Notes: generated by a model not told the origin, from the letters alone. Shown: positions 47,969-58,159, numbered from the stretch's first letter. The stretch: DNA of 64,000 nt from an uncultured Nitrososphaerota archaeon (GCA_963703285.1 OY969807.1:1920001-1984000); one strand, 5' to 3'. Numbers and translations are program-made.

Positions 47969-49168
47969 CTACTTCGACAGGCCGTTTGCGGCCCCTTCGC
48001 CCCCGGGCCTACGCATCTCCCTCCTGGCAACCTCTAGCTGTTCCTTAAGCCGGGAGATTTGGCTGTCTAGGTCAAAAATCCAGTCCCCTCTTGAATCGTC
48101 CACGAGGTAGAGTGGAGCGGAGTAGCCCCTGGAACACGCAGGATCCGCAACGTACGTCGCCGACCGGTCGGCGACGGGCCTTAGGACTTCTCTGAAGTAC
48201 GACAAGACTTCCACCGTCTGCTCCAGCGGAACGACGAACTGTGCTGCGTAGTCTTGCCCCCCGGCCTCCAGCCACATGAAGGGTAGGGCGTTGAACCTCT
48301 CGCTGAGTCGAGCCAGCTCTTCAGGAGTCACGGATGAGACGAGGGTCCAGAGGCCGAGCCTGTGGCGGGGTGCGAACGGCCGGCCCGTCTCCAGGTTGAC
48401 CTGAGCCCGGTTCCAGTTTACGCGGTACCACGAGATTAAACCTGCACGAGCGATGTGTTCCGCGTGCATGGAAGCCGTCTCGCCGCTCACTCTCAGCCTC
48501 TTGGCTATCTCCTTCAACGGCGTGTTCGCGTTCAGCATGAGGTGGAACATGATTGCGATATCGGTCGAGTCGAAACGCCGTCTGGGGCTCCTGTGAGGGA
48601 GGCTGATGGGCACGTTGGTCGGGATCCTCGTCCAGTCGAATTCCCACCTTCCGCGCCGAAAGTCGAAGAGGTCCGCACTCATCGGCCTGTATCTCACCCA
48701 CGAGGTTCGCAGGACCCTTTGCGTCTTCGATATCAAGCCGACCTCGGTCATACGACTCAGCATCGCCGGGGCTTCGTCGTAGTGGTCTTCGGGAATCGAA
48801 AAACGGAGCAGGAACTTTCCGTCCGGTAGGGTCCTGTAGAAGCCCGATAGAAACCAGTGGTCATCCATGTCGCTCACGATATCCTCCACCTTTTCCTGAA
48901 ACTCGTCCGCGATGTCGACGAGCGCGTACACCTCCCTCAAGCCCAGGACTCCGCTGTTGGTCCCGGCGTGGACCACGTAGCCGTGCTTCTCTATCGTCGA
49001 CTTGAAGGTTCGCCTGACTGTCTCCTCTGGCTGGTTCAATCTCCTAGCGATTTCGGCGAAGTTTGGGCCAACCTGCTCCAACTCTCTGACCATCGATGAA
49101 ACACGGTCCCTCTGCCTGGCCCTGGGAGCTGGACCGACAACTTTGGGCCCATATGTCCGGTCGACCAA
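47969..49168 (-). CDS. Tandem HTH / Lrp-AsnC-like regulator
   Basis: Two HTHs (NFAEIARRL..ETVR; PLKEIAKRL..H..AGLI), each followed by an alpha/beta domain ending in W.FD. Confidence 0.75.
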   Translation of the reverse strand: MVDRTYGPKVVGPAPRARQRDRVSSMVRELEQVGPNFAEIARRLNQPEETVRRTFKSTIEKHGYVVHAGTNSGVLGLREVYALVDIADEFQEKVEDIVSDMDDHWFLSGFYRTLPDGKFLLRFSIPEDHYDEAPAMLSRMTEVGLISKTQRVLRTSWVRYRPMSADLFDFRRGRWEFDWTRIPTNVPISLPHRSPRRRFDSTDIAIMFHLMLNANTPLKEIAKRLRVSGETASMHAEHIARAGLISWYRVNWNRAQVNLETGRPFAPRHRLGLWTLVSSVTPEELARLSERFNALPFMWLEAGGQDYAAQFVVPLEQTVEVLSYFREVLRPVADRSATYVADPACSRGYSAPLYLVDDSRGDWIFDLDSQISRLKEQLEVARREMRRPGGEGAANGLSK

Positions 49169-49299
49169 GGCAGTCTTCGGGACGATTGACGCTGCTGGCT
49201 GCCTATAAGACTAACCATGTGTCATTTGGGAAGCTGTGGGCGAAGCAGCGCACGAAAGGGCTGAATACAGGTGCTGCGGTCGGTTGGTACGCTTTCATT

Positions 49300-49404
49300 A
49301 TGAAGTCGGCATATTCGGACTCGAGTGCCAAGGTGCAGCTCCCCGACGCCGGAATCATCCTTCACCTCGGCCCGAACCTGCCCAAGGAGATGGGCCCGGC
49401 TTGA
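49300..49404 (+). CDS. Putative 34-aa peptide MKSAYSDSSAKVQLPDAGIILHLGPNLPKEMGPA
   Basis: ATG start; the stop overlaps the next gene's TTG (TTGA). Confidence 0.4.
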   Translation: MKSAYSDSSAKVQLPDAGIILHLGPNLPKEMGPA

Positions 49405-50574
49405 ACCGGAGGGGCGTCTGCTATGATGTAGGACGCGTGATGATGGGAGGTAACTGGCGTCCGAAGCTCAGATCCAAAGATTGTGCACCGAGAACTCGGA
49501 GTCATCAAGAACGACCTGCACTGCAACGCGGTGAGAATCTGTGGGTTCGACACCGACCGTCTAATGATGGCCGCTGAAGACGCTCTGACCCAAGGATTGG
49601 AAGTGTGGCTTTCGCCCGAGATGTGGGACAAGAGCCAGGATGAGACTCTCGAATACATCGCGAGGGCGGCGGAGCGGGCAGAGGGACTCCGTCAACGGTG
49701 GCCCGGAAAGCTGGTCTTCAGTTTGGGGTCTGAGCTGAGCCTCTTCTCTCAGGGGATGATCGAGGGCAAGAACGTCTTTGACCGGATTTCCCGTCCCTCA
49801 TTCTTGGGCGATATGATGGCCGGGAAGCACAACGGCCCGCTCAATGCGTCCCTCTCGAATCTGAGCGAGGCCGCGAAGAAGTCGTTCCTAGGCCCGCTGA
49901 CCTACTTCTCCCTACCGTTCGAAGCTGTCGACTGGAGACCGTTCGATTTCGTCGGGGTGGACCATTACAGGAACGCGCAGAACAAGGACTCCTATGGCGG
50001 GATGGTAAACAAGTACAAGGCGTTCGGCAAGCCTGTCGTAGTAGGAGAGTTCGGGTGCTGCACCTTCCGGGGCGCGGACCTGCTCGGAGCCAACGGCTTC
50101 ATGATAACCTTCGGGATGATGGAAGGCCTCCTCGGGCCAAGCCAGAAGCTTCACAAGATGTTCTTGGATATGGCGCACGTCCCGCCCCGAACCGAGGGGC
50201 ACTACATCCGTGACGAGGAGCTCCAGGCACGCGAGCTGGTCGATCAGTTGGGGGTGCTTGACGCAGCGGGGGTTGAGGGCGCCTTCGTGCAAACCTTCGT
50301 GGTTCCTAACTCCCCATATCGCCAGGACCCCAGGTACGACACCGACATGGCGAACTTTAGCCTGGTGAAGAGCTTCCCCGAAGCGGAAACGGCCGAAGAG
50401 TTCAGGAGACAGACCATTCGTGGCGCCAGGGAGATGATGGGGGTGGACCTCGACCCCCACGTTCTGGATGTTTTTTCAGGTCCGATGGGCGAGTACGGAG
50501 TGACATATCCGGATTTGCCGTGGGAGCCGAAGGAATCGTTCAGGGCGGTCGCAAGATACTACGCTGAGCACTAG
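49401..50574 (+). pseudogene. TIM-barrel glycoside-hydrolase-like protein (family often labelled 'abortive infection protein'), +1 frameshift near 49470
   Basis: MNRRGVCYDVG..WRPKL[a]DPKIVHRELGVIKNDLHCNAVRICG; GSEL, GEFGCCT, WEPKESF. Confidence 0.7.
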
Positions 50575-51125
50575 GCTGCTCCCTCCGTTTCTCTCTTCCA
50601 GGTACCCCAGCCAGTTATTGGAGGATCAATGTTCATCTGCCACAGCAAGGCGTTCAGCTCTCCCCTGTGCTGTAGCTCCTCTTCGACCAAGTGCCAAAGC
50701 ATGCTCCTAACGTTGAATCTTAGGACCTTACCCTCATTGGGACTTTCAATCCAGCGTGAAAGATCTTCGGGGGTCAATTGCTCGATGAAGCTGAGAATGT
50801 ACGGATCCATCCTAGCTTCTTCTGATTCCAGCTCCTCGATTGAATTGCAAGTGCGGCCGAACCTATCCGCCTTATCCAAGGGCTTCCCCCAGTACCTCTC
50901 GTCGAACCAGAGCCGGTAGGCAAAGAAGATGTGAGAACAGATGTCGAGTAATGAGGGAAAGGACGCGCCCCTGTCTTTTGAGAGTTCCGAGGCCGGGAGC
51001 GTTTGGAGAAGTTCGAGGTACTTTTTTCGGACATAGGTATTGTAGTTGTACCATTCTCTTATCGCCGCAAGCTCGACTCTCGCATCGAGCAATGACGGAC
51101 TTTCCTTTTCGGGCTTGGGCATCAT
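50571..51125 (-). CDS. DinB family protein
   Basis: SLLDICSHI, HLVEEELQHRGEL. Confidence 0.85.
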   Translation of the reverse strand: MMPKPEKESPSLLDARVELAAIREWYNYNTYVRKKYLELLQTLPASELSKDRGASFPSLLDICSHIFFAYRLWFDERYWGKPLDKADRFGRTCNSIEELESEEARMDPYILSFIEQLTPEDLSRWIESPNEGKVLRFNVRSMLWHLVEEELQHRGELNALLWQMNIDPPITGWGTWKRETEGAA

Positions 51126-51268
51126 GATGCTCTTGGTTATGAAACACAGCACCGTATTTCCCTTTTGATGATTCAAAAGAAAAAGACGACTCGGCCCAAG
51201 TCAGCTCGGCCCTAGTCGCGGACGAAGGGATGGGCCTCTTAACGGCAGGCACCAATCCTTGGTGGAGG

Positions 51269-51378
51269 CGGGCCCGACGGGAATCGAACCCGTTTAGGGG
51301 GTTTCGTCCTGACCCTCGGGTTAAAAGCCCGATGCTCTACCTGAATTCTCTCCCTCTCGGGAACTAAGCTACGGGCCC
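51269..51378 (-). tRNA. tRNA-Lys(TTT) with two non-canonical introns: 19 nt at 15/16 (51345-51363) and 17 nt at 48/49 (51294-51310)
   Basis: GGGCCCG/CGGGCCC acceptor, TCGGG-CTTTTAA-CCCGA arm, ACGGG-TTCGATT-CCCGT T-arm; 74-nt mature product. Confidence 0.92.
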
Positions 51379-51439
51379 GCCACCTCTGTTCGATTCCGGG
51401 GGTGTTTTATTGCATTCGCAGGTCGAGCGCCGTCGCCCC

Positions 51440-52624
51440 CTAGGGCCTGACGACCTCCTTGCGCCCCAGGAGCAGCGGCACGATTAGCGAGATGACCAGG
51501 GTGGCCACGACTATCAGCGAGTAGTTCAGGCTCGTGATGATGCCGCTCCCCAGGGCGACCGACGCGATGACTATCCCGACGGCTCCTCTCCCGCCTAGCG
51601 TCACAGCGACGCGCTTCGCCTCCTCGCCCTTCAGCCCGAGGATGACCTTGCCCACGAAGTTCGTCGCCGCTATCGAGAGGAAGAGCGTCAGCGCTATGAC
51701 GACGGCCAGGTCGGGGAGGAGGTGGTACCCCGACGGGACAAGGTCGGCCTCCAGCCCCGCCGACCCGAAGAAGAGCGGGATGAAGAACGCCCTGTTGATT
51801 CTCCTGAACGTGGTCGAGACCTCCTGGTAGGCCTTCCTTCCTATGAGACCTTCCTTGACTATCAGCCCCGCGAAGAAGGCTCCGAGGATGTAGCTCAGCC
51901 CTATCGCCTGGAAGATCGCCGCGACCAGTAGGCCGACTAGTATGAGCACGGCGTACGGCATTTCCTCCCTCTTCACGAGGTTCCCTGCCCTCTCGAGCAG
52001 CCGCCTAAAGGCCCGAGGCTGCCTGTTCAGGAGCAGGTCGGCAGCCACGAACGCGACGACGAAGATGGTGGTGAAGGCTATCACTGATATCGTGTTCAGG
52101 AGCGGGCTAGAGGCCGCCACGAGGATGATGAAGGCGATGATGTCCGAGACCGCGACTGAGGAGAGGATTATCCCGCCCTCATCGGTCTCGAGGAGCTTGT
52201 AGTGCATCACGAGTACGGAGATTATCGAGATCGATGGAACGGAGATGGCGAGCGCCGCGATTAGGTCGGGACCCGCGCCGAACGGGAGGAGGAACAATGC
52301 GACCGCGAAGACGGCGAGCATCGGCAGGATGAACGAGGTCAGAGAGACCACGGCACCGTGTCGCAGCCGCTTCCTCACAAGGTCGGTGTTCATCTCGAAC
52401 CCGATCAGGAAGATGACGAAGAATAGCGCGAGGGAGGAGACCGCCTGTATCTGGTCGTTGGTCGCTATGAGGTTCAGAACCGTGGGGCCGAGGATTATCC
52501 CGCTCAGGAGCTCTCCCGCGACCGAGGGAAGCCTGACCTGTTCGAAGGCCTCGCCGATGAGGATGGCGGCGGCCAAGACCAGCAAGACCTGTATTATGAT
52601 CTCGTAGGTCAAGAACCGCAACAA
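51440..52624 (-). CDS. Cation:proton antiporter (CPA2/KefB-like)
   Basis: GELLSGIILGP, GAFFAGL, FFIPLFF, RGAV. Confidence 0.9.
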   Translation of the reverse strand: MLRFLTYEIIIQVLLVLAAAILIGEAFEQVRLPSVAGELLSGIILGPTVLNLIATNDQIQAVSSLALFFVIFLIGFEMNTDLVRKRLRHGAVVSLTSFILPMLAVFAVALFLLPFGAGPDLIAALAISVPSISIISVLVMHYKLLETDEGGIILSSVAVSDIIAFIILVAASSPLLNTISVIAFTTIFVVAFVAADLLLNRQPRAFRRLLERAGNLVKREEMPYAVLILVGLLVAAIFQAIGLSYILGAFFAGLIVKEGLIGRKAYQEVSTTFRRINRAFFIPLFFGSAGLEADLVPSGYHLLPDLAVVIALTLFLSIAATNFVGKVILGLKGEEAKRVAVTLGGRGAVGIVIASVALGSGIITSLNYSLIVVATLVISLIVPLLLGRKEVVRP

Positions 52625-52673
52625 GACCTTCCAGGGGTTGATTAAGCCCTTCCTATCATGGTGTCATTTTTAA

Positions 52674-54254
52674 ATGCCCCACGGCAACTCGGCCGAGATG
52701 GCTGTCTGGAAGACACTTCGTCACAACGGCGTCGCCTTTCCCGATCCCTATGCCCCCAAGGGCCTCACGGTGGCCATAAGGGGGGAGACGGTCAGCCTCT
52801 CCCCCATAGCGGAGGAGATGGCCTACAACCTTGCGAAGAAGAAGGACACCCCCTACGTGCAGGACCCCGTCTTCGTCGAGAACTTCATGAAGTACTTCGC
52901 CAAGGAGCTCCCCGCCGCCTTCAAGGGTTCCGCCTTCGCCGACGTCGACTTCTCCAGGTTCTATGCTCTCGTGGACAGCGAGAAGCGAGCCAAGGAATCG
53001 ATGCCCAAGGAGGAGAAGAAGGCCCAGGCCGTCTCGAGGAAGGAGAAGAGGGAGAAGCTCAGGGCCCTGTACGGGAAGGCGGTCATAGACGAAAAGGAGA
53101 TCGAGATAGCGAACTGGCTGGTGGAGCCCCCCGGACTCTACATGGGCCGGGGACAGCACCCGATCCGGGGCAGCTGGAAGCCCAGGGTCCAGCAGGGAGA
53201 CGTCACCCTCAACCTGGACGAGTCCTCGCCCGTCCCGCCGGGAGACTGGGGGGCGATCGTGCACGACCACGGCTCCATCTGGATAGCTAGGTGGATCGAC
53301 AAGCTCACCAAGCGGGAGAAGTACGTCTGGCCGCACGAGAGCTCTGAGATCCAGCAGTCGAGGTCGAAGGCCAAGTATGACAAGGCCCTCTCGATTGGCA
53401 CCCAGCTCGAGCGCCTGCGGCGCAGCATCTTGAAGAGCATGGCAGCGAAGGACGAGAGGACGCGGAAGATTGCCACCGTGGCCTACCTCATCGACAGGCT
53501 CGGGATGCGGGTGGGCGACGAGAAGGACGAGGACGAGGCCGACACCGTCGGGGCCACGACGCTGAGGGTAGAGCACGTCAAGATCGAGGACGACAGGGTG
53601 GAGTTCGATTTTCTGGGCAAGGATTCCGTGCGTTGGCTGAAGGTGCTCAGGGACCCCGAGCCCGTGCTGGCGCAGAACCTTAGGAGGTTCACGGCGAAGA
53701 AGAAGCCGGGCGACGAGATCTTCGACGTCGTGACCTCGAGCATGGTCAACCGCTTCCTCTCCGGGGTCGTCCCGGGAGCCAGCGCCAAGGTCTTCAGGAC
53801 GTACCACGCCACGGTCGTCACCGAGACGAGCCTCAGGAGCCGGGACGTCAGGGACGCCGACGACCTGGAGAAGCGCTACTTCGCCAAGGAGGCCAACCTC
53901 GCCGCGGCGGAGTTCTGCAACCACAAGCGCACCCCGCCCAAGACCTGGGAGGAGTCCATGAAGAAGAAGGAGGAGAAGCTGGCCGACTACAGGGCAAAGG
54001 GCAAGGAGGCGATGATCAGGAAGATGGAGCTGGAGGTAGACTTCGCGAGGAGGACCAAGGAGTACAACCTGAACACCTCCCTGAAGAACTACATCGACCC
54101 CAGGATCTACAAGTCCTGGTGCGACTACGTCGGCTTGGACTGGGAGAAGTTGTACACCTCCTCCCTGCAGAGGAAGTTCTCCTGGGTCGCCAAGTCCAGG
54201 CGCCCGTGGGCGCGGCGGGAAGAGCGGGAGATTGTCGTCCAGCGGTCTGCCTAG
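52674..54254 (+). CDS. DNA topoisomerase IB (eukaryote-like)
   Basis: WKTLRHNG, EPPGL..GRG.HP, MRVG.EKD..EADTVG, FLGKDS, KVFRTY, CNH, KNYIDP. Confidence 0.96.
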   Translation: MPHGNSAEMAVWKTLRHNGVAFPDPYAPKGLTVAIRGETVSLSPIAEEMAYNLAKKKDTPYVQDPVFVENFMKYFAKELPAAFKGSAFADVDFSRFYALVDSEKRAKESMPKEEKKAQAVSRKEKREKLRALYGKAVIDEKEIEIANWLVEPPGLYMGRGQHPIRGSWKPRVQQGDVTLNLDESSPVPPGDWGAIVHDHGSIWIARWIDKLTKREKYVWPHESSEIQQSRSKAKYDKALSIGTQLERLRRSILKSMAAKDERTRKIATVAYLIDRLGMRVGDEKDEDEADTVGATTLRVEHVKIEDDRVEFDFLGKDSVRWLKVLRDPEPVLAQNLRRFTAKKKPGDEIFDVVTSSMVNRFLSGVVPGASAKVFRTYHATVVTETSLRSRDVRDADDLEKRYFAKEANLAAAEFCNHKRTPPKTWEESMKKKEEKLADYRAKGKEAMIRKMELEVDFARRTKEYNLNTSLKNYIDPRIYKSWCDYVGLDWEKLYTSSLQRKFSWVAKSRRPWARREEREIVVQRSA

Positions 54255-55108
54255 CCGGCTATCAGGCCCCTGACGTAGGCGAGCTCGTCGGCGTCTGTCC
54301 TCCTCTCGTCTTGGGGCGTCTCCATCAGCAGGGGCAGCCTCGATACGACGTGGTGGCCCAGCAGCGCCCTGAAGCCCCCCTCTCCTATCCGTCCCATCCC
54401 TATGTGCTCGTGCCTGTCGAGGTTCCTCCCGAGGGGTCCCTTCGAGTCGTTCAGGTGGACTACCTTGAGCCTCTCCAGCCCCACGGCCCTGTCGAACGCA
54501 TCGAGCATCGCTCCGACCCCCTCCGGCGAGGAGATGTCGAAGCCGGTAGCGAAGACGTGGCAGGTGTCGAGGCAGACTCCAATCCTGTCCTTCTGCCTGA
54601 CGCCGTCGAGGATCATCCCGAGCTCCTCGAAACTCGCCCCGACGCAGTTCTTCTGGCCCGCCATGTTCTCTACGAGGAGCGAGGTCGCGTTCGGGTTGGC
54701 GTCGAGAGCCTCGTTGCAGGCCCCGACGACGTTCCTGACCCCGACCATCGACCCCTTGCCCATGTGCGACCCTATGTGTGCCACGACGTAGTCGACGCCG
54801 AGCCTGCCCGACCTGTCCAGCTCGTCGACCAGCGAGGCCCTGCTCCTCCCCATTACCCCCCTGTCGGACGACGCGAGGTTGGGGAGGTAGGGCATGTGGA
54901 CAACGACCATCTTGAATCCCCACTTCCTCCTCTTCTCCACGAAGGCGAGCGTCTCCTGCTCCCCCAGCGGGCCGTACTTCCAGCTGCGGGGGTTGCGGGT
55001 GAAGAGCTGGAACGCCGTGCAGTTGGCCTCGAGGGCCCTGTCAACCGCGAGGTCGATGGACCCCTTTATCGACATGTGGAACCCGACGAGAGGTTCTCTC
55101 ACGGGCAA
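54251..55108 (-). CDS. nfo: Endonuclease IV
   Basis: HMPYLPNL, ENMAG, CLDTCH, HLNDS, DRHEHIG, ETP. Confidence 0.95.
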   Translation of the reverse strand: MPVREPLVGFHMSIKGSIDLAVDRALEANCTAFQLFTRNPRSWKYGPLGEQETLAFVEKRRKWGFKMVVVHMPYLPNLASSDRGVMGRSRASLVDELDRSGRLGVDYVVAHIGSHMGKGSMVGVRNVVGACNEALDANPNATSLLVENMAGQKNCVGASFEELGMILDGVRQKDRIGVCLDTCHVFATGFDISSPEGVGAMLDAFDRAVGLERLKVVHLNDSKGPLGRNLDRHEHIGMGRIGEGGFRALLGHHVVSRLPLLMETPQDERRTDADELAYVRGLIAG

Positions 55109-55152
55109 AATAGAGAGGATGTGGGTATAAGGCTTGTCGCCTCAACCCACCC

Positions 55153-55608
55153 TTATTCCGGCCGAGTCTCGCTCTTCTTCCGGGCGGACCTGGCGCGGCT
55201 CTTGGTGGATGTGCTCCTCTTCCTCTGCGCCCTTCGAGTCCTGGGTGCCGCGTGCACGTGGGACCCGACGGTCTCGGCTGTCGGGGCTGGAACCGGGGGG
55301 GACGCTTCGGTCACGGGAGTCGCGGCCGGCGCGACTTCGACGGGAACCGCTGCTACCTCCTCGACCACTGGCGCGACGACCACCGGGGCGTGAACCTCCG
55401 GGGGGTACGTCTCTACCACTGGCGTCTCGACGGCTGCTACCTGGGGCATGGGGGCTGCTTGGACAGCCTCGGCCGGTGAGAACGAGCCGAGCGCTGAAGG
55501 ACCGACGGAGATGGACACTCCTCTGTGTCTTGGCCTTGCTGCGTAGACGATGACTGCAGCTCCTATGCCGACGGCGAAGATGATGGTGAGCACCTGCTCT
55601 AGCACCAT
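55153..55608 (-). CDS. Membrane-anchored low-complexity protein with a basic tail
   Basis: N-terminal TM, P/A/V/E-rich linker, R/K/S-rich C-terminus. Confidence 0.6.
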   Translation of the reverse strand: MVLEQVLTIIFAVGIGAAVIVYAARPRHRGVSISVGPSALGSFSPAEAVQAAPMPQVAAVETPVVETYPPEVHAPVVVAPVVEEVAAVPVEVAPAATPVTEASPPVPAPTAETVGSHVHAAPRTRRAQRKRSTSTKSRARSARKKSETRPE

Positions 55609-55773
55609 TTTCTCTGCACCTGCCCCCTAGCCTCGAAACCACGTCTTCTAGTGACGAGTCAAAGCCAGTTCACAATCGCCTCAAAGCCCCGGACGCGCCG
55701 CTGGGAGGTCCCTGAGGGGGGACCAACAATTTTTATATCTTCTTCCCTCCTATGGTAGGCCTTTGTCCGTCTT

Positions 55774-56163
55774 ATGACGTATCCTCTCGACAAGTTATGC
55801 GTCCAAGCCTTCAAGTTCGACCGGAGGATTCGCTACGCAAGCGTGCTCGACGACACCGGCAGGGTGATAGCGGGAGGGATGCGGAAGGGGATAAGCTCCC
55901 TCGAACCGCTGAGCGAGGACCTCAGGCTCATGGCAAACTTGACGATCCAGATAGGGACCGACAAGACCTGGGACAGGTACTTCGGGAACATCCAGTACAC
56001 CTTCGTGAAGAGGGAGAAGGTCAACATGCTCACCTTCAACCTGGGGCCGAACTTCATGCTCATCTCGACCGAGCCGGACTTCGACCTGCACCAGGTCGCG
56101 AACCTCCGGGACACGGTCTTGACGATCTACACCACCGGGATGATACCCGAGCGGCCGAGGTAG
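55774..56163 (+). CDS. Roadblock/DUF6659-like protein
   Basis: IRYASVLD..G.VIAGGMRKGI..L, KREKV, ISTE. Confidence 0.75.
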   Translation: MTYPLDKLCVQAFKFDRRIRYASVLDDTGRVIAGGMRKGISSLEPLSEDLRLMANLTIQIGTDKTWDRYFGNIQYTFVKREKVNMLTFNLGPNFMLISTEPDFDLHQVANLRDTVLTIYTTGMIPERPR

Positions 56164-56171
56164 CGCGCGTC

Positions 56172-56354
56172 TCAGGTCAGGCCGATCTCGGGGAACTTGG
56201 CTTGGGGGTACCCGAGCTCCTTCTGCAGCGTCCTTATCCTCGTGGCGTACTCGACCATGTTCTCCTTCTCGCCCTTCACCTTCGCTATCTTGTAGGCCTT
56301 CCAGGATTTCTTGAGCGCAGCCCAAGTCTGGCCTGTCGTGTGCGGGGCCGTCAT
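56172..56354 (-). CDS. Small conserved archaeal protein
   Basis: HTTGQTWAALKKSWKAYKIAK..YA.RI..LQ.ELG; TTAAAT box upstream. Confidence 0.75.
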   Translation of the reverse strand: MTAPHTTGQTWAALKKSWKAYKIAKVKGEKENMVEYATRIRTLQKELGYPQAKFPEIGLT

Positions 56355-56392
56355 GCTACGGGGTCAGAAGTCCCAGTTTTTCGTATTTAAGC

Positions 56393-56794
56393 CTAGGACT
56401 GGCGAGCCTCTTGCTTGACCTGGAAGCTCAGCGGGTTGCCGTGCATGTCGTAGATCTTGATGCACCCCTCGTCGGTGTAGGGGTACCCCGCAATGACCAT
56501 TATCCTCCCCATCATGTGCAGGAGGTCCTGGTGCGACGGGACGGCGTAGCCCGACGGGTGGGAGTGTGCGACGCCGATGAACGTAAGGTCGATGGGCATC
56601 AGCGTCCAGCTGAACGACGAGAACCCTTCCCCGTGGGTGGCCATCGGGGGGATCACGACGCTCTCGACGAGGACGTCTCCCTTCTTCGACCTGCCCCTGA
56701 GCAGGAGTATGCCCTCCCTGGGGTAGGCGGCGCGCGAATAGGTGAGGATGCTGTCGACGACCTCCCTGAGCATCGTCACGCTGCGGACGGGCAA
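56393..56794 (-). CDS. JAMM/MPN+ metalloprotease
   Basis: PREGILLLRG, HSHPSG..PS..D. Confidence 0.9.
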   Translation of the reverse strand: MPVRSVTMLREVVDSILTYSRAAYPREGILLLRGRSKKGDVLVESVVIPPMATHGEGFSSFSWTLMPIDLTFIGVAHSHPSGYAVPSHQDLLHMMGRIMVIAGYPYTDEGCIKIYDMHGNPLSFQVKQEARQS

Positions 56795-56875
56795 CGAAAC
56801 CTCCGGACCTACGCGAAAGCTCCCGGGATAAAATGCCTTCTGCCTGGTTGCCATCCTTAAATCCGCGCCCACGGA

Positions 56876-57292
56876 ATGAGGGCCATGGTCGGGATTGCGG
56901 CGCTACTCGTACTTCTAGTCGCTCTCATCATCCTCTGGGCAATCGTGTCCATCCCGGTCTACATCGCCGCGAGGGTCGTCACCTCGGGCAGGCCGAGGAA
57001 AGCGACGTTCGGGCAGGCCATGGGGGCGACGCTGGCGGGCGCCATAGTCTACGGGATAGTCTACGTCTTGGTCTATCTCTTCGCTGTCTCGGTCGTCGGA
57101 AGCTCCGCCGCCATCCTCGCCCTGCTTTTGGCGGTGATAGCGTGGCTTGCGGTCTATCGCGCCTCCTTCGATGTGGGATGGCTCGGCGCCCTCGGCATCT
57201 CCATCCTGGCGGCGATAGTCCTCATCGTAATGAACGTGATACTCGCCGCGATCCTGGGCGTCTCATTGCCGAGCTTCTTCCACCCCTTCTGA
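56876..57292 (+). CDS. Four-TM membrane protein
   Basis: Hydrophobic; GWLGAL motif. Confidence 0.75.
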   Translation: MRAMVGIAALLVLLVALIILWAIVSIPVYIAARVVTSGRPRKATFGQAMGATLAGAIVYGIVYVLVYLFAVSVVGSSAAILALLLAVIAWLAVYRASFDVGWLGALGISILAAIVLIVMNVILAAILGVSLPSFFHPF

Positions 57293-57392
57293 CCGTCCAT
57301 CCCCTCACGGGCTGCCGGTTCTCCCCCGGGCCCATAGAATCCTTTAAAACGTCCCCCAAAGGCTCCTCCTCATCTAAAGGAGACCATAGAAC

Positions 57393-58142
57393 GTGTTTGC
57401 ACCTTCCGCCGGTTACGACCGGGCGATCACCATCTTCTCGCCCGATGGCAGACTTTACCAGGTTGAGTACGCTCTCGAGACAGTGAGGCGGGGCTCCCTA
57501 GCCGTCGGTGTGAGGACGAACGAGGGTGTCGTCCTGGCCGTGGAGGAGAGGGGTAGGAAGCTCCAGTCCGGCTACTCGGTCGTCAAGATGTTCCAGATCG
57601 ACGACCACGTCGGCGCGGTGGGGGCGGGTTACATCCCCGACGCCCGGATTCAGGTCGACAACGCGAGGGTCATCGCACAGTCCAACAAGCTCGTCTACGA
57701 GGAACCGGTCGACATCGAGACGGTAGCGAAGAGGATCGCCGACCTGAACCAGCAGTATACGCAGTACGCAGGGGTCAGGCCCTTCGGCGTCTCGCTCATC
57801 ATCGCAGGCGTCGACGAGAACAGGGGTCCGGTCGTCTACCTAACCGACCCCACGGGCGCCTACCTCAGCTTCGACGCCATAGCCATCGGGGCGGGGTCCG
57901 ACCAGGTCAACGAGTACCTCGAGAAGAACTACGACCGCGCCATGTCACTGGAGGACGGCATACGGATTGCCATCGAGTGCATCTATCTCGTGAGCGAGGA
58001 CAAGCAGGGGACGGCCCACATCAAGACAGCCGTGGTCGACGCCGAGACCAAGACGATGCGGAAGCTGACGGAAGACGAGATAGCGAAGAGCGCAGCCGAC
58101 GCCAAGACCCGAAGCGACAAGCCGCCGAACAAGGGCGCCTAG
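57393..58142 (+). CDS. psmA: Proteasome alpha subunit
   Basis: GYDRAITIFSPDGRLYQVEYA, RPFGVSL. Confidence 0.97.
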   Translation: MFAPSAGYDRAITIFSPDGRLYQVEYALETVRRGSLAVGVRTNEGVVLAVEERGRKLQSGYSVVKMFQIDDHVGAVGAGYIPDARIQVDNARVIAQSNKLVYEEPVDIETVAKRIADLNQQYTQYAGVRPFGVSLIIAGVDENRGPVVYLTDPTGAYLSFDAIAIGAGSDQVNEYLEKNYDRAMSLEDGIRIAIECIYLVSEDKQGTAHIKTAVVDAETKTMRKLTEDEIAKSAADAKTRSDKPPNKGA

Positions 58143-58159
58143 CCGCCCGGGGCACGGTC

